Shown here in pieces: positions 15,761 through 25,027 of a DNA stretch of 33,372 nucleotides. The stretch lies in the NCBI GenBank assembly GCA_038850285.1, contig JAWCMA010000008.1, positions 1 to 33,372 of the forward strand. Reading direction: 5' to 3'. How positions within the stretch are numbered: the stretch's first letter is position 1; each line of letters begins with the position of its first letter. The position numbers were made by a program, and so were the translations under genes. Under the pieces are notes generated by a model, which saw only the letters and a program-made list of their open reading frames with translations, was not told the origin of the DNA and did no database searches. The DNA is from Methanocellales archaeon (GTDB taxonomy: Archaea; Halobacteriota; JAWCLZ01).

Positions 15761-16872
15761 AAGCAATAGATAAAAGCCCGAGGGAAACAATGGTACTGCA
15801 GCTAGGACCACATTATCCCTCTCAGCCAGGCCCATATTTACTCAAAGTCACTCTAGACCACGAAACCATATTAGATGCAGACCTTGAGTTTGGCTTCAAC
15901 CACCGGGGATTTGAAAAACTCGCTGAAAATAGAACCTATCTCCAATTTCTTCCAATAACAGATAGAATCTGCTACGTGGCAGCGCTTTCCCACAACGATG
16001 TATACTGCAGAGCTGTGGAAGAACTCATGAAGATCGAAGTACCTGAGAGAGCTAAATATATTAGAACTCTTGCCCTTGAACTTCAAAGAATTGCCTCACA
16101 CACAATTTGCTTCTCCGAAGGCTATACCCTCGAGCAGGGATTCCTCTCAATGATGATCTACATCCTTAGAGAGCGCGAGAAAATAATGAGCTTGATGGAG
16201 GAACTCTGCGGAAGCAGACTTAACATGACCTACTTCCGATTTGGAGGGGTTAGACTCGATCTCCCCAAGGGATTTAAAGAGAGAGCAATGCCCATTCTCG
16301 ATGAAGTGGATAGAAACATAGCTGAATATGATAGAATCCTGGAAACCGACTCGGTATTCCTCGCTAGAAATGAAAATGTAGGGGTGCTTAAAACCGAGGA
16401 TGCAATTAGATTTGGAGTAACCGGTCCTGTTCTACGAGGCTCAAATGTGAACTATGACCTGCGCAAAGCAGATCCCTATGATGCCTATGATAAAGTGGAT
16501 TTTGAAGTTTGCTATGAAAAAGGCTGCGACAATCTAGCTAGATTTAGGGTTAGAATTCGCGAGATACACGAGAGCATTAAAATCATAAAACAGTGCTTGA
16601 AAGACATGCCTCAGGGTTCAATTCAAGCCAAGCTACCCAAGGTAATAAGGCCACCCCCCGGCGAGGTATATGCGAGAATCGAGGACCCCAGAGGGGAAAT
16701 GAGCATGTATTTAGTAAGCGATGGCGGGCTCAATCCATATCGCCTTGCAATTAGAGGCCCTGCATTTAGAAATAGCCAAGCACTTCCACCTTTACTCCTA
16801 GGCTATAAATACGCGGACATAGTTGCCATAGCAGGCAGCACCGATGGATGCACCAGCGAGGTGGATAGATAA
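15757..16872 (+). CDS. fpoD: Fpo/Nuo subunit D
   Basis: HRGFEK, DRICY, GGVR, EDPRGE; C-terminal GSTDGCTSEVDR. No CxxC NiFe ligands. Confidence 0.93.
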   Translation: MKAIDKSPRETMVLQLGPHYPSQPGPYLLKVTLDHETILDADLEFGFNHRGFEKLAENRTYLQFLPITDRICYVAALSHNDVYCRAVEELMKIEVPERAKYIRTLALELQRIASHTICFSEGYTLEQGFLSMMIYILREREKIMSLMEELCGSRLNMTYFRFGGVRLDLPKGFKERAMPILDEVDRNIAEYDRILETDSVFLARNENVGVLKTEDAIRFGVTGPVLRGSNVNYDLRKADPYDAYDKVDFEVCYEKGCDNLARFRVRIREIHESIKIIKQCLKDMPQGSIQAKLPKVIRPPPGEVYARIEDPRGEMSMYLVSDGGLNPYRLAIRGPAFRNSQALPPLLLGYKYADIVAIAGSTDGCTSEVDR

Positions 16873-16883
16873 GGAGGAGTAAT

Positions 16884-17945
16884 ATGGAGATCAATGATTT
16901 AATTGCAACTTATTACTCAATTCAGCAAGCTATAGCAGGAAAAGATATCTTTGCACTGCTAACTTTAATCCAAGAAAATCCACTCCTTCGCGGCATAATT
17001 GGTTGCGCTATAGCAATTGCAATTGTAATGACCTTTGTAATTATAGGCATATGGATGGAGAGGAAGGTACTCGCAGACTTTCAAACTAGATATGGACCTT
17101 GTAGAGTTGGACCATATGGTATTCTCCAGCTAATTGCAGATATGATAAAGCTAATCACCAAAGAGGATATAATACCTGCCAAGGCAGACTTCTATGGATA
17201 CTGGCTTGGTCCAATGATGATGATGGGCGTGCCAATGGTTGCCTTCGCCGCAATACCAGCTGCTCGAGAATTAATTGTAGCAGACCTCGATATAGGCATA
17301 CTATATATAGAGGCAGTTTCATCCGTGGCAGTTATAGGAGCCTTCCTCACAGGCTGGGCGCCTAGGAATAAATTCAGCTTAATCGCTGCTCTCAGAGGAA
17401 TGGCGCAGATGATCAGCTATGAAATTCCCCTTGCGCTTTCAATAATAGCAGTTGTAATAATGGCCGGTTCAATGTCCACGGTGAGCATTGCTGAAGCTCA
17501 ATCTAAGGTTTGGTTCATTATACCTCAATTCTTGGGCTTCCTCGTATTCTACGCTTCATTTCTAGCAGAAGCCGGGAGAATACCATTTGACTTAAGAGAA
17601 GCTGAGCAGGAACTAGCAGGTGGCTGGGGAGTTGAGTACACTGGGATGAGATTTGGCTTAGGGATGGTTGGAGAGTATGCACATTTAACCCTTGGTTCAA
17701 TGCTCGTGGTCATACTCTTCTTCGGGGGATGGCAGGGTCCAGTGATAATTCACCCAATTCTCAGCGGTGCAGCTTGGTTCTTCCTCAAAACCATAATTGT
17801 AATCTGGGCTACAATGTGGGTAAGAGCAGCTTTACCGAGGTATAGAATAGATCAGCTTTTGAACATTGGCTGGAAAATTTTACTCCCCCTAGGCCTTGCA
17901 AATTTAGCATATACTACCCTCTTAGTATATATAATTGGGGTGTGA
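16884..17945 (+). CDS. fpoH: Fpo/Nuo subunit H
   Basis: ERKV...R.GP.RVGPYG, SYE, RIPFDLREAEQEL and PRYRIDQ. Confidence 0.94.
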   Translation: MEINDLIATYYSIQQAIAGKDIFALLTLIQENPLLRGIIGCAIAIAIVMTFVIIGIWMERKVLADFQTRYGPCRVGPYGILQLIADMIKLITKEDIIPAKADFYGYWLGPMMMMGVPMVAFAAIPAARELIVADLDIGILYIEAVSSVAVIGAFLTGWAPRNKFSLIAALRGMAQMISYEIPLALSIIAVVIMAGSMSTVSIAEAQSKVWFIIPQFLGFLVFYASFLAEAGRIPFDLREAEQELAGGWGVEYTGMRFGLGMVGEYAHLTLGSMLVVILFFGGWQGPVIIHPILSGAAWFFLKTIIVIWATMWVRAALPRYRIDQLLNIGWKILLPLGLANLAYTTLLVYIIGV

Positions 17946-17950
17946 ATGCA

Positions 17951-18367
17951 ATGGTATTGAAAAATTTGATTTATACCCTCAAGCAGTTCTTCACCCCTGA
18001 GGTAACTATAAACTATCCAGATGTGAAATATATTCCATATCCTAGATTTAGAGCTAGACATTATTTGAACCTAGATGAATGCGTGGGCTGCGGAGTTTGC
18101 GCTAAGGTATGCCCAAATAAATGCATAGAAATGGTGCAGTATAAAGAAAGAAAGCATCCCCAGATCGACCTCGGGAGGTGTATGTTCTGCGCTTTATGCA
18201 TAGATTCCTGCCCCACGAATGCGCTTTTAAACACAACTGACTATGAACTTGCAGAGTATACTAGAGAAGCATTAATTTACCCCCCTGAGAGATTGGGCAA
18301 GCCGCCTAAGAAGCCATTCTACATCGCTGATAAAGAAGGCAACATCGTTGAACCGGAGGAGGCATAG
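17951..18367 (+). CDS. fpoI: Fpo/Nuo subunit I (2x[4Fe-4S])
   Basis: CVGCGVCAKVCP and CMFCALCIDSCP. Start ATG 17951 (alternatively GTG 17942). Confidence 0.93.
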   Translation: MVLKNLIYTLKQFFTPEVTINYPDVKYIPYPRFRARHYLNLDECVGCGVCAKVCPNKCIEMVQYKERKHPQIDLGRCMFCALCIDSCPTNALLNTTDYELAEYTREALIYPPERLGKPPKKPFYIADKEGNIVEPEEA

Positions 18368-18369
18368 AA

Positions 18370-18618
18370 ATGCTTGACCTGCTGCTATTCCTAGCACTTG
18401 CCGCAATAATTGTACTTGCGGCAATAGGCGTGGTTTGGACTAGATTAGTTGTCCATAGCGCGATATACCTAGCTCTCACATTCATCTGCGTAGCTGGTCT
18501 ATATGTTTTATTAAATGCAGAACTCTTAGCAGCAATACAGGTATTGATATATGTAGGTGCAATCGTGGTTTTGATAATCTTTGGCATAATGCTCACAGGC
18601 GGAGGAGAGGAGGAATAA
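18370..18618 (+). CDS. fpoJ: Fpo subunit J, N-terminal part (J1)
   Basis: HSAIYL, LNAELLAAIQVLIYVGAIVVL. Confidence 0.9.
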   Translation: MLDLLLFLALAAIIVLAAIGVVWTRLVVHSAIYLALTFICVAGLYVLLNAELLAAIQVLIYVGAIVVLIIFGIMLTGGGEEE

Positions 18619-18620
18619 AA

Positions 18621-18869
18621 ATGGGATTCTGGACTACTTTCTTTAAATTCATTGTAGCAGTGATTTTCATCTCATTGCTCTCCATAACTCTAGCTAGCGC
18701 GCCCTGGAGCGATAAGCCAATGGAAGATGTGGAAAAAGTTACTTATTCCATTGGGGAGATGCTCTTCCAGTTTGGGAGATTCGTTGTTCCCTTTGAAATT
18801 ATTTCATTGGTTTTAATAGCCGCATTAATAGGTGCAATATTCATAGCCATTAAGGAGGCTGCAGTATGA
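18621..18869 (+). CDS. fpoJ: Fpo subunit J, C-terminal part (J2)
   Basis: IGEMLF...VPFEIISLVLIAALIGAI matches the NuoJ C-terminus. Confidence 0.88.
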   Translation: MGFWTTFFKFIVAVIFISLLSITLASAPWSDKPMEDVEKVTYSIGEMLFQFGRFVVPFEIISLVLIAALIGAIFIAIKEAAV

Positions 18870-19174
18870 TTCCCCTAGTTGCATATTTAATCCTCGCAGC
18901 AATAGTCTTTGGAATTGGAGCTTTTGGATTCATCACGAGTAAAAATGTGATAAGGATACTCATGAGCGTGGAACTCATGCTTAATTCAGCAAACATTAAC
19001 TTCGTAGCTTTTTCAAGCTATTCCATACCCTTCGATATCTCTGGACAGATCTTCGCTTTATTCACCATAGCACTAGCTGCGGCTGAATCTGCGGTGGGAA
19101 TAGCAATCTTAATACTGCTCTATAGAACGCATGGCACTGTTAAAATCCAAGACATTAATGTATTGAGGTGGTAA
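18866..19174 (+). CDS. fpoK: Fpo/Nuo subunit K
   Basis: LMSVELMLNSANIN, GQIFALF, AAAESAVG. Confidence 0.93.
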   Translation: MIPLVAYLILAAIVFGIGAFGFITSKNVIRILMSVELMLNSANINFVAFSSYSIPFDISGQIFALFTIALAAAESAVGIAILILLYRTHGTVKIQDINVLRW

Positions 19175-19176
19175 AA

Positions 19177-21090
19177 ATGACTGGCATAATTGAATATTCC
19201 TGGCTCATCCCAGTGCTGCCAATAATTGCATTTGCCATAATAGCCTTCTTCGGAAGGAAGATCTACGAGGGTGGAGCCCCAGTGGGTATACTTTTCACAG
19301 GTGCTTCCTTTGTAATCTCCCTAGGCACACTGCTAGAGGTACTCCATAGAACAGAGCCATATACGCGCTCAATGGAGTGGTTCATGGGTATAAAAGTAGG
19401 CATCCTCATAGACCCAGTGGGTGCAATAATGCTAGTTATCGTCTCCTTCATCTCACTGCTGGTGCAGATCTACTCCATGGGCTATATGCATGGCGACCCA
19501 GGTTTGCCGAGGTATTACGCGGAAATGAATCTATTCACCACCTCCATGCTTGGCTTCGCAATTTCCGATAGCATTCTCTTTGCATTCATAAACTGGGAAC
19601 TCGTGGGCCTTTGCTCCTATCTTTTAATTGGATTCTGGTATAGAAAGCACTCTGCAGCTGCCGCTGGAAAAAAGGCATTCTTAGTAACCCGAGTGGGAGA
19701 TGTATTCTTCTTCCTAGGCATATTAATCCTATTCACCAACCTCCATACCTTCACCTACCTAGAGCTATTTGAAAAAGCTGAGATGGGGGAAATAGCACCG
19801 CCACTTCTAACCCTTGCAATGCTGGGTATATTCGGTGGAGCAGTGGGCAAATCCGCTCAATTCCCACTTCACGTTTGGCTACCGGATGCAATGGAGGGCC
19901 CCACTACAGTTAGCTGCTTGATTCACGCTGCCACAATGGTTAAAGCCGGCGTTTTCCTAGTAGCTAGAACCTATCCCCTCTTCCACCTTGCACCCCAAGC
20001 ATTAATGGTGGTTGCCTATATCGGAGGCTTCACGGCTTTCCTAGCTGCATCACTTGCCGTGGTGGTAACGGATATAAAGCGCATCGTGGCATATTCAACA
20101 ATTTCCCAGCTTGGATACATGATGCTAGCCCTTGGAGCAGGGGGTTATATAGCTGGGATGTTCCATCTTATGAATCATTCCTTCTTTAAAGCACTGTTAT
20201 TCCTAGCCGCAGGCAGCGTGATTCACGCTGTGGGGACCAATGACATAAGGCAAATGGGTGGATTGCTGAAGTATATGAAGATCACCGCAGTAACCATGCT
20301 ATTCGGCGTGCTCTCAGTCTCAGGAATACCTCCTTTCTCAGGCTTCTTCAGCAAAGATGAAGTATTGCTCAGCGCTTATAACTACTACCACGCCACTAAC
20401 CATTTACTGCCCCTTTTATTCGGCCTTATAACTGCTTTCCTCACTGCATTCTACATGTTCAGAGCTTGGTTCCTAGCATTCACAGGTAAACATAGAGGGG
20501 GGCAGCTTGTGAAGCATTTGCCAGCTGAAGCGCATGCCACTGCTCACAATGGCGGGGAACCTGAGGAACCTAAGCATGCTATTCATGAGTCCCCTTGGGT
20601 TATGACAATACCATTGATAATCCTAGCAATCCTAGCTCTAACTTCAGGCTGGACTTGGGAGGGCTATAGACACGTGGTTACTCTTCCATTCCTCCATGAG
20701 GAAGAACCTGCGCCGGTGATAATGTATACCTCAGTTATCCTAGCTATTTTAGGAATTGCAGTAGCTGCCTTACTCTACTATAAATTCACAATTTCAAGCA
20801 CTAGGATAGTTAATGCTTTAAAACCCATTCATACTCTGCTTATGAACAAATACTATTTAGATCACCTCTACTATGGATTTGCTGAAAAAATAGTGTATGG
20901 AGTTGCTAGACTCGCGGAGTTCTTCGATCTCTATGGCATCGACGGCGTGGTCAATGCGATCACCGCAGTTATAGTGCGAGGAGCTACTAGACTGCGGAAA
21001 GTTCAAACCGGTAGAGTGCAGGGCTATGCAAGTGCAGTTATTATAGGGGTAATAATACTTTTAATAATTGCACTCTTAGGAGGGCGTTGA
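19177..21090 (+). CDS. fpoL: Fpo/Nuo subunit L (antiporter-like)
   Basis: WELVGLCSYLLIGFW, KSAQFPLHVWLPDAMEGPT, AYSTISQLG, HSFFKALLFL and QTGRVQ. ATG 19177 follows GAGGTG. Confidence 0.95.
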   Translation: MTGIIEYSWLIPVLPIIAFAIIAFFGRKIYEGGAPVGILFTGASFVISLGTLLEVLHRTEPYTRSMEWFMGIKVGILIDPVGAIMLVIVSFISLLVQIYSMGYMHGDPGLPRYYAEMNLFTTSMLGFAISDSILFAFINWELVGLCSYLLIGFWYRKHSAAAAGKKAFLVTRVGDVFFFLGILILFTNLHTFTYLELFEKAEMGEIAPPLLTLAMLGIFGGAVGKSAQFPLHVWLPDAMEGPTTVSCLIHAATMVKAGVFLVARTYPLFHLAPQALMVVAYIGGFTAFLAASLAVVVTDIKRIVAYSTISQLGYMMLALGAGGYIAGMFHLMNHSFFKALLFLAAGSVIHAVGTNDIRQMGGLLKYMKITAVTMLFGVLSVSGIPPFSGFFSKDEVLLSAYNYYHATNHLLPLLFGLITAFLTAFYMFRAWFLAFTGKHRGGQLVKHLPAEAHATAHNGGEPEEPKHAIHESPWVMTIPLIILAILALTSGWTWEGYRHVVTLPFLHEEEPAPVIMYTSVILAILGIAVAALLYYKFTISSTRIVNALKPIHTLLMNKYYLDHLYYGFAEKIVYGVARLAEFFDLYGIDGVVNAITAVIVRGATRLRKVQTGRVQGYASAVIIGVIILLIIALLGGR

Positions 21091-21091
21091 A

Positions 21092-22591
21092 ATGGCATTT
21101 CCCTATCTTTCAATTCTACTTGCAGTTCCATTGATCGGTGCAATCCTAGTATTCCTAGTCAAGAGCGAGAAGCTCATCAAGGGTATTTCAATAGCAGCTA
21201 GTTTCATAGACCTAGTAATTGCTTTAGCTGCCTATGCAAGTTTTGATTCAAGTTACACTGGCTATCAATTCCTAGAAGGCCCCTATACTTGGATCCGCGA
21301 GGCAGGCATAGCATATCTAGTTGGAGTAGATGGATTGAGCTTCCCGCTGGTTATACTTACCACCCTAATAGCATTCGTTGCTATTGTTTATTCCTGGGGC
21401 GAGAAACATAGAGTCAGGGAGTTCTTTGGCCTGCTATTACTTATGGAAGTGGGCCTGCTTGGAGTATTTCTATCTCTGGATTTCTTCATGTTCTACATCT
21501 TCTGGGAAGTAGTGCTAATTCCAATGTATTTCTTAATCGCAATCTGGGGCGGGCCAAGGAAGGACTATGCTTCCATTAAGTTCTTCATTTATACCCACGT
21601 AGCTGGAGTGGTAATGCTGCTGGGAATCTTAGCGATGTATTTCCACGCTGCAAGTGTGCGTGGGTATTACACCTTCAGCATGCTTGAGATCTCAACTGTT
21701 CAATTCCCCCTTGCGTTTCAATCAATCGTATTCCTAGCGCTCTTCTTTGGATTTGGCGTGAAAATGCCGGTCTTCCCATTCCACACTTGGCTACCAGATG
21801 CACATGTCGAAGCACCCACCCCTGGGAGTGTATATCTAGCTGCAGTTATGCTGAAAATGGGTGGCTATGGTTTAATACGCATCGCTGTAATGATGCTGCC
21901 CGAGGGAGCGAAGCAGTATACTTGGCTGCTCATAGCCATAGGCGTGCTTAGCATGGTATATGGAGCCATGATCGCCCTTGCAGCTGAGGATTTGAAGAGA
22001 ATGATCGCGCTTTCAAGCATTAGCCACATGGGCTATGTTACTCTGGGTATTGCCACTTTAAACCTCTATGGTTTAAGTGGAGCAATGTTCCAGATGTTTG
22101 CTCATGGAATCATATCTGGAGCCCTATTCATGATAGCTGGCTCGGTTCATCACATCGCAGGCACTAGGTTAATAAACTACTTAGGCGGCCTAGCAGGTAA
22201 ATTGCCACTGCTTGGCACAGTGACGATGGTTAGCTTCCTCGCATCGGTGGGTGTTCCAAGCATGGCTGGCTTCATAGCTGAGTTCTTGGTATTCACAGGT
22301 GCCTTTAAAGCCTTCGTAACTGAGTCAAGTACCTATGCACCTTGGATCTACTTCAGCTTGGTAACTATAGCCTTAACAGCGGCATATTATCTCTGGGCGA
22401 TGCAGCGGGCGATGTTTGGTCCATATAATGAAAAACTGGGAGCACATCCCCACGATCTACCCCTGCATGAATTCATTCCTCTCGCAATACTCGTGGCTTT
22501 GATGCTCGCCTTTGGAATATGGCCTGCACCGCTGATGAACATGATCAATACATATGCACATCAAATGATATTGCTTGCAGGAGGGATCTAA
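21092..22591 (+). CDS. fpoM: Fpo/Nuo subunit M (antiporter-like)
   Basis: FWEVVLIPMY, KMPVFPFHTWLPDAHVEAPT, LKMGGYG, SSISHMG. Confidence 0.95.
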   Translation: MAFPYLSILLAVPLIGAILVFLVKSEKLIKGISIAASFIDLVIALAAYASFDSSYTGYQFLEGPYTWIREAGIAYLVGVDGLSFPLVILTTLIAFVAIVYSWGEKHRVREFFGLLLLMEVGLLGVFLSLDFFMFYIFWEVVLIPMYFLIAIWGGPRKDYASIKFFIYTHVAGVVMLLGILAMYFHAASVRGYYTFSMLEISTVQFPLAFQSIVFLALFFGFGVKMPVFPFHTWLPDAHVEAPTPGSVYLAAVMLKMGGYGLIRIAVMMLPEGAKQYTWLLIAIGVLSMVYGAMIALAAEDLKRMIALSSISHMGYVTLGIATLNLYGLSGAMFQMFAHGIISGALFMIAGSVHHIAGTRLINYLGGLAGKLPLLGTVTMVSFLASVGVPSMAGFIAEFLVFTGAFKAFVTESSTYAPWIYFSLVTIALTAAYYLWAMQRAMFGPYNEKLGAHPHDLPLHEFIPLAILVALMLAFGIWPAPLMNMINTYAHQMILLAGGI

Positions 22592-22592
22592 A

Positions 22593-24071
22593 TTGGACTA
22601 TGCTATAGTGGCTCCTGAATTGTTACTTGTGATATTTGCATTGATAATACCCCTCATAGGTCTATTTGCAGTTAAAGATAATGCTAAAGTACTTGGTGGG
22701 CTGGGGTTAATAGCATTGCTAGCTGCATTTGCACTCACAATGCAGTTAATAGGCGTGGATCAAACTTTATTTGAAGTATACAAAGTTGACTATTACTCTC
22801 TATTCTTCAAAATGGTTTTTCTAACCGTTGGCATACTTGTAGCGATAGCTTCAATACTATATGTCGGGGAAGAGCCGCATCAAGCTGAGTATTATTCCCT
22901 GCTATTACTCGCAACAGTGGGAATGATGGTGGTGGCATCAGCGAGTGATTTAATCACCTTATTCGTGGGACTTGAACTCGCTAGTCTAAGTACTTATGCA
23001 CTTGCAGCTTTTGTCAAGCGCGATCCTCAGTGCAGTGAAGCTGCAATGAAATACTTCTTAATAGGGGCATTATCCTCGGCTTTAGCGCTTTATGGCATCT
23101 CACTGATATATGGAATCACAGGCACAACTAATTTAATCCTCGCGGCTAAGTCGCAAGCTATACTCGCTTTTGAGCCAGTTGGAGTTATTGCAGCGGTTTT
23201 CTTGATCGCTGGCTTTGGCTTTAAAATGGCAGCAGTGCCATTTCACATGTGGGCTCCAGATACCTATCACGGCGCGCCTACAACGGTCTCTGCATTTCTC
23301 GCTGCTGGGTCTAAAAAAATGGGCTTTGCAGCTGCATTTAAGATATTCATCATAGCCTTAATTGCAATTAAGGCAAACTGGACTTTGCTATTTGGAATAA
23401 TTGCGGCAATCACCATGACTCTAGGCAATGTGGTGGCAGTTGCCCAGACAAGCATAAAGCGCATGCTAGCTTATTCCAGCATTGGGCAAGCGGGCTATAT
23501 AATGGTTGGCCTAGCGGTGGCAACTCCCCTTGGAATTGCCTCTGGCTTGCTCCAGGCCTTTGCACACGGTATAATGAAAGCCGGAGCATTTATTGCAGCT
23601 GCAGCTGTAACTTATATGCTGGTGAGGGACTATGGATCGAAGTATAGAGCTCAAACAGATGGCGGGGAAATCTCAACTGATGATATTGAAGCATACGCTG
23701 GCTTGGGCAAGCGAGCGCCTATAACAGCTTTCTGCATGCTCATATTCCTGCTCTCGCTAGCCGGGGTGCCTCCTTTATTTGGCTTCGTCAGCAAGTTCTG
23801 GATAGTTATGGCAGCAATTCAAGCAGGCGGCTATGCCATATGGCTAGCGGTAATACTGGTATTGAACAGCGCGCTCTCGGTTTATTATTACGTGAGGGTA
23901 ATTAGATATATGTATGTAGTACCCGCTAGAGAAGCTGCGGTTAAGGGAGGGGAGCCAGCTGCGTTTACAGTGCCACTTGTAATCGCTACCATAGCACTCT
24001 TTGCCCTTGGGCTATTTCCTGATAGAATTGTTGATTTTGCAATGAATGCCGCTAGAGCAATAATTCCCTAG
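22593..24071 (+). CDS. fpoN: Fpo/Nuo subunit N (antiporter-like)
   Basis: EAAMKYF, FKMAAVPFHMWAPDTY, KRMLAYSSI, SLAGVPP. TTG 22593 follows GGAGGG. Confidence 0.95.
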   Translation: MDYAIVAPELLLVIFALIIPLIGLFAVKDNAKVLGGLGLIALLAAFALTMQLIGVDQTLFEVYKVDYYSLFFKMVFLTVGILVAIASILYVGEEPHQAEYYSLLLLATVGMMVVASASDLITLFVGLELASLSTYALAAFVKRDPQCSEAAMKYFLIGALSSALALYGISLIYGITGTTNLILAAKSQAILAFEPVGVIAAVFLIAGFGFKMAAVPFHMWAPDTYHGAPTTVSAFLAAGSKKMGFAAAFKIFIIALIAIKANWTLLFGIIAAITMTLGNVVAVAQTSIKRMLAYSSIGQAGYIMVGLAVATPLGIASGLLQAFAHGIMKAGAFIAAAAVTYMLVRDYGSKYRAQTDGGEISTDDIEAYAGLGKRAPITAFCMLIFLLSLAGVPPLFGFVSKFWIVMAAIQAGGYAIWLAVILVLNSALSVYYYVRVIRYMYVVPAREAAVKGGEPAAFTVPLVIATIALFALGLFPDRIVDFAMNAARAIIP

Positions 24072-24072
24072 T

Positions 24073-24087
24073 TCTTTTTTATTTTTC
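24073..24087 (+). terminator. Oligo-T terminator of fpo operon
   Basis: T-rich tract TTCTTTTTTATTTTTC immediately after the fpoN stop. Confidence 0.55.
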
Positions 24088-24204
24088 GAATCCAGTTAAA
24101 AATTAATTTAAATAAATTAATTTATTCAAAAAAAGCAAAAATATAATTAAAAATTTGCATGATCGCAAAAAGATTTATATACTTTAACTGCTTAATATAA
24201 ATTA

Positions 24205-24350
24205 GCCATAGAAGGCTCCCTATACTATGGCCCCCTATCTAGAGGGTTAGAGACTTGTTTTCTCCCTTCTCTAACCCTTAACCCCAATTTTCATTTTCCA
24301 TAATCATAAGCAAAAAGCTTATTATTAAATTCCTCATAAGAAAATTGGGG
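24205..24350 (+). ncRNA. Candidate structured sRNA / 5' leader (tandem hairpins with CUCCC loops)
   Basis: BRE/TATA (AAAAAG-A-TTTATATA, 24167-24181). Stems 24205-24211/24225-24231, 24243-24253/24268-24278 and 24282-24292/24340-24350. Confidence 0.45.
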
Positions 24351-24358
24351 CTATAAGA

Positions 24359-24772
24359 ATGGGAGAGGAAAAATTAATTATCGAGCCAAGTGCCCCTAGA
24401 AGGGGGGAAGGAGGCTATTTAGAGAAACTTGCAAAGGCAATATTCCCCCCTGTTACAAAGCCAGTTGGAATTACTCCGTCAAAAGCAGAGATGGAGAAAG
24501 TAGAATCATCTTTGAAATTAAAAAAACTTGAGAGCGAGCACCTCGCGAAGATTAGCATTTATACAAGGAAAATAAGCCGGTTAAATGAAGAACGTGGAAA
24601 ATTAAAGAACGCTTTGGAGATATTGAAGGAACTTAGCTTGGCCATTCCAGAGGAATACAATCTAAAACAGCGCAGTATGTTGGAAGAAGTAGAAGTTCTA
24701 GAAGCAGAAGTTGAGAGAGAGAAACTACTGCTGAACTATCTGCAGAGCAGAGTACTGCCACTAGTTAAATGA
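24359..24772 (+). CDS. Hypothetical coiled-coil protein
   Basis: 137-aa ORF, Glu/Lys/Leu-rich with heptad character; no recognised family. Confidence 0.75.
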   Translation: MGEEKLIIEPSAPRRGEGGYLEKLAKAIFPPVTKPVGITPSKAEMEKVESSLKLKKLESEHLAKISIYTRKISRLNEERGKLKNALEILKELSLAIPEEYNLKQRSMLEEVEVLEAEVEREKLLLNYLQSRVLPLVK

Positions 24773-24951
24773 TGTAAGAGAAAATGATATAAGAAATATT
24801 AGAGAATACCATTGGGAAAGTATTAATTAGTGGATGCGAAAAAAACTAGATTTCCAATATTTGAGGAGTGGCTTTCAATTTCGAGCAACTAACTCTGGAA
24901 CTATTTCAATAACCTGAAACATAAAATAAAAATTAAAAATTAATAAAAAAG

Positions 24952-25015
24952 TTTATTTACATCCCAAAATATACATATGTTTGCAAATATGTTCATAATG
25001 GCTTAACTATGAACA
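24952..25015 (+). promoter_or_regulatory. Promoter (TTTATTTA) and downstream inverted repeat TGTTCATA-N10-TATGAACA
   Basis: TATA-like 24952-24959; perfect 8-bp inverted repeat 24990-24997/25008-25015 just before the ATPase start. Confidence 0.5.
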
Positions 25016-25027
25016 AGGCAGATTTAT

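Noticed and set aside
15757-16872. Possible group 4 [NiFe]-hydrogenase large subunit
   Set aside because: No N- or C-terminal CxxC Ni ligands; the operon is complex I-like.
20485-20590. His-rich insertion in FpoL
   Set aside because: Variable His-rich loops before HESP are common in NuoL.
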